A stretch of 64,000 nucleotides of DNA, taken from contig BPJG01000001.1 of NCBI GenBank assembly GCA_026004495.1, positions 496,527 through 560,526 of the forward strand. The letters are read 5' to 3'. Below, one piece after another: positions 30,348 through 40,487 of this stretch. The DNA is from Candidatus Parcubacteria bacterium (GTDB taxonomy: Bacteria > Patescibacteriota > Minisyncoccia > UBA6257 > HR35). The notes under the pieces were generated by a model that was given only the letters and a program-made list of their open reading frames with translations, did no database searches and was not told where the DNA came from. The position numbers and the translations under genes were made by a program. The stretch's first letter is position 1; every line of letters begins with the position of its first letter.

Positions 30348-31498
30348 ACTTGTAAAATTTGTTTATAAACTTCTAATACTTTATTTACTCTATCTTCCCA
30401 GTTAAATTTAATTAATTCTTCATAAGAATTTTTAACCATTTCATTTTTTAAGGGTTGGTATTTTAACACGGCAACAATATAATTAGCCATTAATTTAATA
30501 TCCCAATAATCAACTTTTAAACAGTTATCTAAATATTCACCCAATCCTGTGGTTTTTGATATTATTATTGGTTTTTTTAATTTAATCGCTTCCAAAGGAA
30601 CTAAACCAAAGGGATCAAAAACTGAAGGAGCTACTAATACATCACTCAATTTATAAATACTCCATAATTCTTCATCTCTTAAAAAACCACCAAAAATAAT
30701 ATTATCAATTACATTCTCATTATAAGCAATTTTAATTAATCTACTTAACATTTCTCCACTTCCAGCAAAGATATATTTTACTTTAGGTATATGTTGTTTA
30801 ACATATTTTATAGTTTTTAATAAGTAATCTGGTCCTTTTTGTAAAACCAATCTTCCTACAAATAAAACTATTTTGTAATTTTCTAATTTCAATTCTTCGA
30901 TAAATCTTATATTAAAATATGAATAATTTTCGTTATCAATTCCATTAGGAATAGGAATAATTTTATTTTCATCTATTTGGTAAAAGTCTTTAACTATTTT
31001 TTTAGTTAGATTACTAACAGTAATAAGTTTATCAGCGGCAGAAAAACATTGTTTTTCAAAATTAAAGACTGTGAGATTAGGATTTACACCAGTTCTTTCA
31101 ATCTCGGTAGAGTGAATATGAATTATTAATGGTTTATTTAATTTTTCTTTTAAATATAAACCAGCTAATCCTCCTAACCAATCATGAGCATGAATAATAT
31201 CAATTTTTATTTCATTTTCTTTAATTTTTTGATAAATTCTTTGTCCGTAAGTTAGAACTTGATTGAGTAAGTTATTATCTATATTTAAGTTTAGGATGTT
31301 GTAAGGATTAATAAGTTTAATTTCATTATTGGCAAATATTATTTTAAATTTTTTATTTTTTATAGGTAAATAATAGGGTAGGGTAAATATCAAGTTTATT
31401 TTTTTAGATAAATTTAAGGCTAAATAAAATGAAGCAACTCCTAATCCTCCACTATTAAAAGGAGGCAATTCCCAACCTATCATTAAAACATTTAGCAT
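30344..31498 (-). CDS. Glycosyltransferase (GT4/GT5, glycogen-synthase-like)
   Basis: 384 aa. N-terminal SGGLGVASFYLA resembles the GlgA GGLGDV motif. The C-terminal GT-B half carries E...E. It overlaps the GH57 gene by 4 nt. Confidence 0.55.
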   Translation of the reverse strand: MLNVLMIGWELPPFNSGGLGVASFYLALNLSKKINLIFTLPYYLPIKNKKFKIIFANNEIKLINPYNILNLNIDNNLLNQVLTYGQRIYQKIKENEIKIDIIHAHDWLGGLAGLYLKEKLNKPLIIHIHSTEIERTGVNPNLTVFNFEKQCFSAADKLITVSNLTKKIVKDFYQIDENKIIPIPNGIDNENYSYFNIRFIEELKLENYKIVLFVGRLVLQKGPDYLLKTIKYVKQHIPKVKYIFAGSGEMLSRLIKIAYNENVIDNIIFGGFLRDEELWSIYKLSDVLVAPSVFDPFGLVPLEAIKLKKPIIISKTTGLGEYLDNCLKVDYWDIKLMANYIVAVLKYQPLKNEMVKNSYEELIKFNWEDRVNKVLEVYKQILQV

Positions 31499-31559
31499 TA
31501 ATAATATTTTAAATCAAGTAGTTAAATTTTGTAAATAAACTGTATATTTTTTTATATTA

Positions 31560-33287
31560 TTATTTATTCTTTTTAAGTTGTTGCAAAAATTTTTTAAAAG
31601 TGAGTGTATTGAGAATATCATTTTTATTTGCCCATCCACGACGTGCTTGACTAACTCCTAAATCCAAAAAACTTAAATGTAAAACTGAATGAGCATCAGT
31701 ATTAATAATCATCTTTACTCCTTTTTCAACGCATTTTCTTATATGCTCATCTTTAAGATCTAATCTATCTGGATAAGCATCAATTTCTAAAATAGTATTT
31801 GTTTTTTTAGCATAATCAATAATTTCATCAATATTAATTTCATAAGCAGGTCTTTTATTAATTATTCTACCGGTTGGATGAAAGATACAATCAACATTTG
31901 GATTAGTCATTGCTTTTTTGATTCTTTCAGTTTGAATATTTCTTGGTAAATTAAAATGACTATGTACAGCAGCACCAACAAAATCTAATTTTGCCAAAAC
32001 TTCATCTTTAATATCCAAACCACCATCTTTTAAAATATTAACTTCTGCTCCTTTTAGAATTTTTATCTTGCCTTTATATTTTTGATTTAATTTATCAATC
32101 TCAGCCATTTGCTTTAATAATTTTTCTTCATCCAAACCACCAGTCATTGCCAAAGATTTAGTATGATCAGTAATACAAATATATTCCAAGCCAAGTTTAA
32201 TTGCCTCTTCTATCATTTCCTTAATTGAATTTTGACCATCAGTCCAATTTGTCTGAACTTGCAGATCACCCTTAATTGAACCATATTCAATCAACTTTGG
32301 TAATCTTCCTTCCATTGCTAATTCAATTTCGCCTCGATCTTCTCTCATCTCAGGCGGTATCCAATCTAAACCAAGTTTTTCATAAATTTCCTCTTCTGTT
32401 CTGCCGGCAATCATTTTTTCATTCTTGTCAAAAAGTCCATATTCGTTCAATTTCCATCCTTTCTTAATTGCTAATTCTCTCATTTTAATATTGTGATCCT
32501 TTGAACCAGTAAAATAGGCCAGCGCAGCACCAAAATTTTCTTCAGATACAACCCTTAAATCAGCATCGAGCCCAATTTTGAGTCTAACCATAGTTTTAGT
32601 TAGCCCTTGAGCATAAATATTATTTACTTCAGGAAACTTAACAAAATAATCCATTAATTTTTTAGGTTTGTCAGAAACAGCCAAAATATCAATATCACCA
32701 ATTGTTTCTTTTTTTCGACGATAAGAACCAGCAGGCATAACCTCTTTAGCTAATCCACTTTCTTTTAAATAATTTACTAATTCTTCAACCACAGGAATAA
32801 TAAAACCCAAAATCGCTCTTCCTCCTCCTTGCTTAAAAAATTCAATCCCTTTTAAAATTTTCTCTTCACTTTTCTCTCCAAATCCGGGTAGCCTTCTGAT
32901 TTTATGCTCTCGACAAGCCTTTTCTAAATCATCAATTGTTTTAATTTCCAAAGCTTTATAAAGCTTATAAACAATCTTTGGTCCAACACCTTCAATTGAA
33001 GTTAATGTTTCAACATCAACTGGCACTTCTTTTTTTAATTCTTCTAATTCTTTAATTTTGCCAGTTTTCAAATATTCAATAATTTTTTCAGCAATTGACT
33101 CGCCAACCCCAGGCAAGTTTTTCAATCCTTCTTTCCCTCTTTTTTTGATAAATTCTTCAATGTCTTCATCTAAAGCTTCAACTGAATAAGCAGCCCTTTC
33201 GTAAGCTTGAGGTTTAAATTTAATTTCCTTCATATCTAAATAAATTGCCATCATTCTTAAAAGCTTTGCTATTTCAGGATTTTTCAT
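31560..33287 (-). CDS. polX: Family X DNA polymerase with a C-terminal PHP phosphoesterase domain
   Basis: 575 aa. PolX N-terminus NPEIAKLLRMMAIYLDMKEIKFKPQAYERAA, HhH GVGESIAEKI, nucleotidyltransferase GSYRRKKETIGDIDIL and PHP motifs HTHT-like CITDHT...HSH. Confidence 0.8.
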   Translation of the reverse strand: MKNPEIAKLLRMMAIYLDMKEIKFKPQAYERAAYSVEALDEDIEEFIKKRGKEGLKNLPGVGESIAEKIIEYLKTGKIKELEELKKEVPVDVETLTSIEGVGPKIVYKLYKALEIKTIDDLEKACREHKIRRLPGFGEKSEEKILKGIEFFKQGGGRAILGFIIPVVEELVNYLKESGLAKEVMPAGSYRRKKETIGDIDILAVSDKPKKLMDYFVKFPEVNNIYAQGLTKTMVRLKIGLDADLRVVSEENFGAALAYFTGSKDHNIKMRELAIKKGWKLNEYGLFDKNEKMIAGRTEEEIYEKLGLDWIPPEMREDRGEIELAMEGRLPKLIEYGSIKGDLQVQTNWTDGQNSIKEMIEEAIKLGLEYICITDHTKSLAMTGGLDEEKLLKQMAEIDKLNQKYKGKIKILKGAEVNILKDGGLDIKDEVLAKLDFVGAAVHSHFNLPRNIQTERIKKAMTNPNVDCIFHPTGRIINKRPAYEINIDEIIDYAKKTNTILEIDAYPDRLDLKDEHIRKCVEKGVKMIINTDAHSVLHLSFLDLGVSQARRGWANKNDILNTLTFKKFLQQLKKNK

Positions 33288-33337
33288 AATTTATTCAAAG
33301 TAAATATTAAGAAAATAAAATTTAATCTTTAAAATAC

Positions 33338-33366
33338 TTGACTTAATTTATTATTTAAAATAAAAT
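33338..33366 (+). promoter_or_regulatory. Sigma-70-type promoter candidate (TTGACT-17 nt-TAAAAT) for the 665-aa secreted protein gene
   Basis: -35 TTGACT at 33338-33343 and -10 TAAAAT at 33361-33366 with 17-nt spacing, about 25 nt upstream of the ATG at 33391. AT-rich DNA gives chance -10 matches, but the near-consensus -35 is rare here. Confidence 0.4.
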
Positions 33367-33390
33367 TTTAAAATAGCCTTATAAAAGACA

Positions 33391-35388
33391 ATGAATAAAT
33401 ATTTTAAAAAATTATCTCTAATTTTGTTAATTTTAATTACCTTTTATACTTTAATATTTATTAAACAAATTTATTCTCAAAATAACATTCCTATTTGCAG
33501 TTCACCTAATAATTTACTTATTTTACCCGGTAATTGGGAGGGCAATAGAATTGTGATGACTTCTGCTACTGGTTCTTTAGGTCTCACTGATTTATCATTA
33601 TCAACTTCATCTAGTGGAAATATTTTAAATACTTCTAATACTTGGTTAATTTTAAATAAGGGTTTGATTTTATCTGGACCCTCATATGGTTTTAATAATG
33701 CTGGAGCAATTTATTTTAGGGATTTAAGTGAGGCACGTACAATCAGTAGTGGGGGAAATACACGTAATTCTTATTCTGAATTTATAATTTATGTTCCTAC
33801 TACTACTAATAATTTAGTTTTCTTCTATAAAAATGCAAGTGAAACAAGTTCTGGAACTGTTTTAACTATTTCTACTTCTGGAGATATTATTTCATCAGGG
33901 AATATAATTTCTAGTGGTAGGCAAGGTGTCATTACTAATAACTTATTTTCACTTAACAATATTTCAATAGGAACTTCTTCTGCCTTAGATAAGCTTTATC
34001 TTTATGCTACTAGCGATCAATACATAAACTTACAATCAGCTAATAGAGGAAATTTAAAAATTGGTAGTTTGTTTTCTAATTCTGAAGCAGTAATTAGATT
34101 TAAGGAAATTCTTAAAATTTTTTACTCAAATAATTCTTTACCAGTTTTAACGATTAATAATAATGAAAGAGTGGGAATAAATACTTCTACTCCATATTCA
34201 ACCCTTGATGTTAGAGGCGATATTAGAGCCTCTCAAGATATTATTACTAATGGTAGATTTTGTTTAGGTAGTAACTGTATTACAAATTGGCCTTCAGCTG
34301 GTGGAAATATTTGGGGTAGTGGTTCGGATAATTATATTCCTCTATGGACTGGAGTTAATAATCTTGTAAATTCAATAATTAAGCAAACCCTATCTGGAGC
34401 AACAAGAACGATAGAGGTTATTAATGGTTCTATAATAGCTAATAAATTTTGTTTTAAAACAGATAATAACGATCTATCATGCATTTCAAGCTGGCCATCT
34501 CGACCAGCTGTAGCTCATTTTTATCGTTATATAGTTGGTCATGAATATTGGGAAAATTTTTTAACTAACCTTATTAATTCAGAACCTAATGTTTCAGGTA
34601 TAGATCCTTATATTAGACCTAGAAATGGTAATTATAATGAAAACATAGGTAAGGGCTATCCTTATTTAAGCCTTCATGATATTATTAATAGAATAGGAAT
34701 TGATCCTGATAATCAATTTGCTACTAAATGGTTTATCTTAGGTTACTCTTATCGACAGCCATATACTAATGTACCTACGGCTTTATTTATTGAAGAAGGA
34801 GATAATATTAATCCATGGAAAAGATACACTAAAACTTCATCTTCTCCAGGAGGTCTTAATCCCAATAATTCATCAGATGTTTTGGTATATTGTCATTATA
34901 ATGCTCCTAGCGGAGCTATTTATACAACCTCTAATAAACAAGAGTGTGATCAAATTAGAAATGGAAATCTTCAGGGTTATAGCATCAGGAGTTATACTTA
35001 TGCAGAAAAAAATTATGATATTAGAGGTTATGTAGCTTTAGATTTAAGACTTGAGCCAGCTAACCAAAGAACTGTTTGCACTAAAAGAGATTACTTAGAT
35101 TCTATTTCAATAGCAAGTTGGGGTAATACAAGTGTTATTAATTTAAGGATTAATGACTATAGATATCCTAATTTAAATAATGATCCTTGCGTAGACATAA
35201 GCAATCGAAGACCCAATCTTCATTCTGTAATAATGGGTAGATTTAGGGTAAGACCCTATCCAACCTCAAATACTGCTTCTTCAGATTATATTCCACAAAC
35301 GAGCATTGCTTCTTTTTTAAATAATAACAATACTGATTTTAAAGTTGTGATTAAATCTTTAGGGGTAGTGGAATTAAGAAATTATTAA
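33391..35388 (+). CDS. Large secreted, Ser/Thr/Asn-rich fibre-like surface protein (hypothetical)
   Basis: 665 aa. N-terminal signal/TM, repeated IISSGN motifs, and a segment ERVGINTSTPYSTLDVRGDI resembling the VGIGTTSP..LDV.G repeat of tail-fibre-like and surface-fibre proteins. Confidence 0.4.
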   Translation: MNKYFKKLSLILLILITFYTLIFIKQIYSQNNIPICSSPNNLLILPGNWEGNRIVMTSATGSLGLTDLSLSTSSSGNILNTSNTWLILNKGLILSGPSYGFNNAGAIYFRDLSEARTISSGGNTRNSYSEFIIYVPTTTNNLVFFYKNASETSSGTVLTISTSGDIISSGNIISSGRQGVITNNLFSLNNISIGTSSALDKLYLYATSDQYINLQSANRGNLKIGSLFSNSEAVIRFKEILKIFYSNNSLPVLTINNNERVGINTSTPYSTLDVRGDIRASQDIITNGRFCLGSNCITNWPSAGGNIWGSGSDNYIPLWTGVNNLVNSIIKQTLSGATRTIEVINGSIIANKFCFKTDNNDLSCISSWPSRPAVAHFYRYIVGHEYWENFLTNLINSEPNVSGIDPYIRPRNGNYNENIGKGYPYLSLHDIINRIGIDPDNQFATKWFILGYSYRQPYTNVPTALFIEEGDNINPWKRYTKTSSSPGGLNPNNSSDVLVYCHYNAPSGAIYTTSNKQECDQIRNGNLQGYSIRSYTYAEKNYDIRGYVALDLRLEPANQRTVCTKRDYLDSISIASWGNTSVINLRINDYRYPNLNNDPCVDISNRRPNLHSVIMGRFRVRPYPTSNTASSDYIPQTSIASFLNNNNTDFKVVIKSLGVVELRNY

Positions 35389-35389
35389 A

Positions 35390-35785
35390 ATGAAAAATAA
35401 AGTTTTATTATTAAATTTAATTTTAAGCATATCAATTATCTTAATATCATCCTATTTTGTTTTTGCCGATATTATTTTTGAAGATTTTAATAATAATGAT
35501 GACCAAATGATTAATTTAGGTAATATAGCTAATATAGAAGATGGTGGTAATGAAAGAGATTTTATAATCTTAGAAACATATCCAGAGAATTCAATGCCAA
35601 CTGAGTTAATTAATGACCTATACGAATTGGAAGAACAAAGACGAGAAGAAAATATTATTTTAATAAGCGATAATTATTTTCCTACTGAAGAATCATTAGC
35701 CAACGATACTGATAATGAAGGTAATCCCTTTGGTGGTACTGATCATGATCCAGAATTAATGAATGTTATTATTGTCAATCAATAA
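35390..35785 (+). CDS. Small secreted acidic protein (hypothetical)
   Basis: 131 aa. Signal-like N-terminus and a D/E-rich body. It is tightly packed between the fibre-like gene and rmuC. Confidence 0.3.
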   Translation: MKNKVLLLNLILSISIILISSYFVFADIIFEDFNNNDDQMINLGNIANIEDGGNERDFIILETYPENSMPTELINDLYELEEQRREENIILISDNYFPTEESLANDTDNEGNPFGGTDHDPELMNVIIVNQ

Positions 35786-36788
35786 AATAATTATGTTAGA
35801 TATCTTAATATACTCTATCTTATTTATAATTTTTATTTTAATTCTGATTGTATTATATTTTATTTATTTAGTTAGAATAAAGATTGAGGATAATTTAAAA
35901 AATAATACTTTTTTAGATCTTCAAAATAAATTATTAGAAAGTTTTTCTTTATTAAAACAAGAGGCAATTTCTCATCTTCAAACAACGATTGATAAACAAG
36001 AAAAATTTATCGAATCAACTTCAAAAATTGAAGAATTAGCAAGGAATTTAGAATCAAGCACTATTGAAATAAAAACCTTTAAAGAAATTTTAGCTGGACC
36101 AAAAAATAGAGGCTTCTTAGGTGAAATTATGCTAGAAGAAATAATTAAAAATCTTCCTTCATCTTATTATGAAAAACAATATCCTTTTGGCTTTGATCGA
36201 GTTGATTATGTATTGAAATTAAATGACACCTTAATCCCTATTGATGCTAAGTTTCCAATTCAAAATTTTAATAAATTATTTGAAATTGAAGAAAAAGATA
36301 AAGTTGGACTTAAAAAAGAATTAGCTAAAAATTTAAAAAATAAAATTGATGATATTGCTCGAAAATATATCTTACCTTCAAAAGGGACAATAGAGTTTGC
36401 TTTGATGTATTTAGCTAATGAAGGAATTTATTACGAGCTTTTAACTGACAAAGATTATCAAGAGGTTTGGGATTATGCTCGAGAAAAATCAGTTTTTATT
36501 ACCTCCCCAAAAAGTTTTGAAATTATCTGTTCTTCCTTACTCTTGATTATTCGTAAGCAAGAATTAGGTAAAAATATCCAACAAATCTTGGCTAATTTAC
36601 ATCAATTAGAAAAAGATTTATTAGAGTTGGAATCTAAATTTGAAACGTCTTATAATCAATTAAATAATAGTTTTCGTAATTTACAAGAGCTTTCAAGAAT
36701 TTTAAATAGATTTATTGTTAATTTTAAAGCCTTAATTAAATCAGAACAAAAATTAGAAGAAAAAATTAAAGAAAGGTCGTTAATTTAA
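35763..36788 (+). CDS. rmuC: DNA recombination protein RmuC
   Basis: 341 aa. N-terminal TM, a long coiled-coil, and a C-terminal RmuC-like nuclease-fold region. Confidence 0.55.
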   Translation: MLLLSINKIIMLDILIYSILFIIFILILIVLYFIYLVRIKIEDNLKNNTFLDLQNKLLESFSLLKQEAISHLQTTIDKQEKFIESTSKIEELARNLESSTIEIKTFKEILAGPKNRGFLGEIMLEEIIKNLPSSYYEKQYPFGFDRVDYVLKLNDTLIPIDAKFPIQNFNKLFEIEEKDKVGLKKELAKNLKNKIDDIARKYILPSKGTIEFALMYLANEGIYYELLTDKDYQEVWDYAREKSVFITSPKSFEIICSSLLLIIRKQELGKNIQQILANLHQLEKDLLELESKFETSYNQLNNSFRNLQELSRILNRFIVNFKALIKSEQKLEEKIKERSLI

Positions 36789-36797
36789 GTTAATTTA

Positions 36798-36835
36798 ATA
36801 CCACTGATTTACTCGGATAATACATACCACTGATT
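36798..36835. repeat. Two copies of the 12-mer ATACCACTGATT, 26 bp apart start to start, in the rmuC-gap intergenic region
   Basis: Exact direct repeat at 36798-36809 and 36824-36835. The segment is relatively GC-balanced inside an otherwise AT-rich spacer, roughly 120 nt upstream of the gap start codon. Confidence 0.5.
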
Positions 36836-36955
36836 ATCATGGACACTATAAGTACCTAGAGGTTTGTATTTTAAAATATACGTATATAAATATGTGGTTA
36901 ATAATTTATTTATTTTAATCACTTTCTAAATCCGTGTAAATCTGTAATTTAAAAA

Positions 36956-37969
36956 ATGCGTTTAGCCATCAATGGTTTTGGTAGAATTGGAAGAATATTT
37001 TTTCGTCAAGTTTTTGGTAAAGAAAATTTTGATATCGTCGCTATTAATGATTTATCTGATACAGAAAATTTAGCTTATTTATTAAAATACGATACTGTTT
37101 ATGGTCGGTATAATAAATCAGCTGAAGTTAAAGATGGAAAATTAGTTGTTGATGGTAAAGAAATTTTAATTTTAAAAGAGACTGATCCTGTAAAACTTCC
37201 TTGGCAAGAGCTAAATATTGATGTTGTTGTTGAATCAACTGGTGTTTTTACTGAATTTGAAAAAGCAAAGGCTCATTTAACTGCTGGAGCCAAAAGAGTT
37301 GTTATTACTGCACCAACAAAAGATGAAATTACTCCTCACTTCACTCCTGGTTTAGAAGATTTAGGCAAAATCTATTCTTTGGATGAACAAGGTTTAATTA
37401 CTTCTAATGCTTCATGCACAACCAATTCAGTCAATCCAGTCATTGCTATTTTAAATAAAAGGATTGGAGTTAAAAAAGCAATTTTAACAACTATTCATGC
37501 CTATACTAATACTCAAACAATAGTTGACAGTGTTATTAAAGGACATGATTTTAGGCGTGGTCGAGCTGGGGCTCAAAATATTATTCCTTCAACAACTGGA
37601 GCAGCTGAAGCAACTACCAAAGTTATTCCTGAAATGAAAGGAAAATTTGATGGAATATCAATTAGGGTTCCAGTTGTTATTGTTTCCTTGTCTGACATAA
37701 CAATCCTAACAGAAAAACCTACTTCCATTGAAGAAATAAACAATATCTTTAAGGAAGAAGCAAATTCACCTCAATGGAAAGAGGTTATTAAAGTAGTCGA
37801 AGATCCAGTTGTTTCAAGTGACATCATTGGCGAACCCTATGGTGCTATTATTGACCTTACCTTAACTAAAGTTGTTGATGGTGATTTAGTTAAAGTTTTT
37901 TCTTGGTATGATAATGAATGGGGATATTGTGCAATGTTGGTTAAACACATAGAAAAATTATTTTCTTAA
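36956..37969 (+). CDS. gap: Glyceraldehyde-3-phosphate dehydrogenase
   Basis: 337 aa. NGFGRIGR Rossmann motif and the catalytic SNASCTTN. Confidence 0.9.
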   Translation: MRLAINGFGRIGRIFFRQVFGKENFDIVAINDLSDTENLAYLLKYDTVYGRYNKSAEVKDGKLVVDGKEILILKETDPVKLPWQELNIDVVVESTGVFTEFEKAKAHLTAGAKRVVITAPTKDEITPHFTPGLEDLGKIYSLDEQGLITSNASCTTNSVNPVIAILNKRIGVKKAILTTIHAYTNTQTIVDSVIKGHDFRRGRAGAQNIIPSTTGAAEATTKVIPEMKGKFDGISIRVPVVIVSLSDITILTEKPTSIEEINNIFKEEANSPQWKEVIKVVEDPVVSSDIIGEPYGAIIDLTLTKVVDGDLVKVFSWYDNEWGYCAMLVKHIEKLFS

Positions 37970-38063
37970 ATATTTAAAAATTTATAATCTAGATTAAATT
38001 CTTAGTTACTTTTGGGTTGTGTTTTGAATATATTATTTTTGAATTTATTTTTATTTTAATTGG

Positions 38064-38741
38064 ATGAGATTAAGAAGAAATTTTTTTACAAGGCCTACCT
38101 TAAGGGTTGCTAAAGATTTATTAGGTCAATTAATAATAAGAAAATACAATAATAAGCTAATAATTGGCAAAATAGTGGAAACAGAAGCATATATAGGGCC
38201 AAATGATAAAGCTTCTCATGCTTATACTAAAAAAGAGCAGAGAATTAATGAAAAAATTAAGATATTAAATAACAATTGGAATAGGATAAAAAAATGGGTT
38301 GATAATAAAGATAAATTTTTTAAAAAAATTATTACAACTAAAAAATGTAAAATTACTTCACGAAACTTAGCTGAATATTTAAGTGGAGGGCATATATATA
38401 TTTATTTGATTTATGGTAATTACTATCAATTTAATATAACTACCTTTAAAGAAGGCTATCCTGAATGTGTATTGATAAGAGCATTGGAACCTATAAACTA
38501 TAAAAAAAAATGGATAAAACCTAACGGTCCTGGAAAATTATGTGAATTTTTAAAATTGGACAAATCTTTTTGGGGAGTTGATTTATGTACTTCTAAAGAT
38601 ATTTTTTTAGTTTCTGGTGAAAAAAATAAAAAAATTGATATAATAAAGACTAAAAGAATAGGTATTGATTATGCTGAAGAGTATAAAGAGAAATTATGGA
38701 GATTTTATATAAAAAATAATAATTATGTAAGCAAAAAATGA
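38064..38741 (+). CDS. mpg: 3-methyladenine DNA glycosylase (AAG/Mpg family)
   Basis: 225 aa. FFTRPTLRVAKDLLGQLIIRK...GKIVETEAYIGPNDKASHA matches the Mpg N-terminal core. An internal Lys-rich insertion is present. Confidence 0.65.
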   Translation: MRLRRNFFTRPTLRVAKDLLGQLIIRKYNNKLIIGKIVETEAYIGPNDKASHAYTKKEQRINEKIKILNNNWNRIKKWVDNKDKFFKKIITTKKCKITSRNLAEYLSGGHIYIYLIYGNYYQFNITTFKEGYPECVLIRALEPINYKKKWIKPNGPGKLCEFLKLDKSFWGVDLCTSKDIFLVSGEKNKKIDIIKTKRIGIDYAEEYKEKLWRFYIKNNNYVSKK

Positions 38742-39442
38742 AAGAAAAGTTAACCATTGAAGAAAATAAAGAAAAACAACCTGAGGGAATTAAAATTAGA
38801 CCCGCTTTGTTTATTCCTCAAAATTTAGGACAAGAGGTTTATCAAAATTTTCGTAATTTTGCTTTTGATGAACAAGAACAAATAAAATTTAATTTTAAGG
38901 CAATTGATTTCGGAAATTATTTTTATGTTATTTTAAATAATTCTCTAAAAACTAAAACAATTCCTAATGGTAAGATATATAATTTTGAATTACCAGCAAC
39001 CTTCAATTCATCAACAATAGATTATTTTATACTTAAACCTTCTCAAATTGAAAAATCACAAGCCAAAGAAGTGACTGAAGATACTGAAAAATTTTTAATG
39101 AGTTTTATTAAATATTTCATTACTATTACAATTCGAAAAAATGAAGATAAATATTTAATTTTAGGTAATTCATTTTTGCCTCTCCCTGAACCATACGAAA
39201 TTCAATTAGAAAATTCTGAAGAAAGTTATTATTTTTATCCAGTTTTTAATTCATGTATATTTATTGAAAGAAAACCAAATGATGAATTGATAATAAAATC
39301 TATAAAAATTTCTTACGATCGTAACTCTAATTTATTAAAGATAATAGAAGAAGAAATAAATACCCCAACATTAAACGAAAAACAAAAAGAAAATTTAAAG
39401 CAAAGCATTAAAGAAAAATGGGGAAGAGAAGTAAATTTTTAA
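38738..39442 (+). CDS. Hypothetical protein
   Basis: 234 aa. No motif recognised. It overlaps the mpg stop by 4 nt, which suggests co-transcription. Confidence 0.3.
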   Translation: MKEKLTIEENKEKQPEGIKIRPALFIPQNLGQEVYQNFRNFAFDEQEQIKFNFKAIDFGNYFYVILNNSLKTKTIPNGKIYNFELPATFNSSTIDYFILKPSQIEKSQAKEVTEDTEKFLMSFIKYFITITIRKNEDKYLILGNSFLPLPEPYEIQLENSEESYYFYPVFNSCIFIERKPNDELIIKSIKISYDRNSNLLKIIEEEINTPTLNEKQKENLKQSIKEKWGREVNF

Positions 39443-39452
39443 AAATATAACT

Positions 39453-40487
39453 TTAAATTGGATGAAGGGGAATAAAATCTAAACCTGTATTTTCTGGTAA
39501 ATCTAAAATTATATTCATACATTGAATAGCTTGACCTGCTGTTCCCTTTACTAAATTGTCGATAGCGCTTAGGATAACTATTCTTTGTGTTTCTTCATTT
39601 ATTTCAAAGCCAATATCACAATAATTAGTTCCTAAAATAATTTTAGGTTCGGGTAATCTATATAATCCTTCTTTTTGTTTAATTATTCTAATGAAGGATT
39701 CATTTTTATAATATTTTAAGTAAATTTGCCATAAATCCTTTTCAGTTATTTTTTTATTAATTTCTAAAATATGAATAGTTGATAAAATGCCTCTTACTAA
39801 TTCAATAGCTGTAGCTGTTATTTCAACATCGATATTTAAAAAATCCTTTATTTCTGCCTCATGTCGATGATTAACAACTTTATATGTTCTGACAACATTA
39901 TTTCTTTCAGGGTGATGACTAGATAAAGATGGTTTTGAACCTCCCGCAGAGCTACCTATTTTAACATCAGCAATAATTTTAGTATTTTTATTTATTAATC
40001 CTTCTTTTACAAGGGGATAAAGTGGTAAGATTAGAGAGATTGCCTCACAACCTGGACAAGATAAATAATTTGATCTTTTAATCTCATTTCTATTAATTTC
40101 AGGTACAGCATAAATAAATTTTTTTAACCAATCTTCGGCTAAATGATTTTCTTGATAATATTTTTTAAATAAATATAAATTTTTCATCCTAAAATCAGAC
40201 CCTAAATCAATAATGTATTTAGCTAATTTACTAATTTTATTTATATATTTCATTGATTCTAGATTTGGTAAAGCAACAAAAATAATATCGCATTCTTTTA
40301 GTTCATCAAGGCTACAAAAATTTTTTTTAATTTTACCTCTGAGATTAGGATGAACAATTGTAATATCTTTACCAATATAATTTTTACTTGTTATTTGATT
40401 AATTTCTACATAAGGATGATTAATTAATAATCTTAAAAGTTCTCCCCCGGCATAACCAGAGCCACCTATTATACTTACTTTAATCAT
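39453..40487 (-). CDS. argC: N-acetyl-gamma-glutamyl-phosphate / LysW-gamma-aminoadipyl-phosphate reductase
   Basis: 344 aa. VSIIGGSGYAGGELLRLL Rossmann motif and an active-site Cys region LSCPGCEA. Confidence 0.8.
   Translation of the reverse strand: MIKVSIIGGSGYAGGELLRLLINHPYVEINQITSKNYIGKDITIVHPNLRGKIKKNFCSLDELKECDIIFVALPNLESMKYINKISKLAKYIIDLGSDFRMKNLYLFKKYYQENHLAEDWLKKFIYAVPEINRNEIKRSNYLSCPGCEAISLILPLYPLVKEGLINKNTKIIADVKIGSSAGGSKPSLSSHHPERNNVVRTYKVVNHRHEAEIKDFLNIDVEITATAIELVRGILSTIHILEINKKITEKDLWQIYLKYYKNESFIRIIKQKEGLYRLPEPKIILGTNYCDIGFEINEETQRIVILSAIDNLVKGTAGQAIQCMNIILDLPENTGLDFIPLHPI

Noticed and set aside
32276-32467. ORF 32276..32467 (+) inside polX
   Set aside because: Antisense shadow ORF.
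34769-35035. ORF 34769..35035 (+) nested in the 665-aa gene
   Set aside because: Alternative frame of a longer, signal-peptide-bearing ORF.
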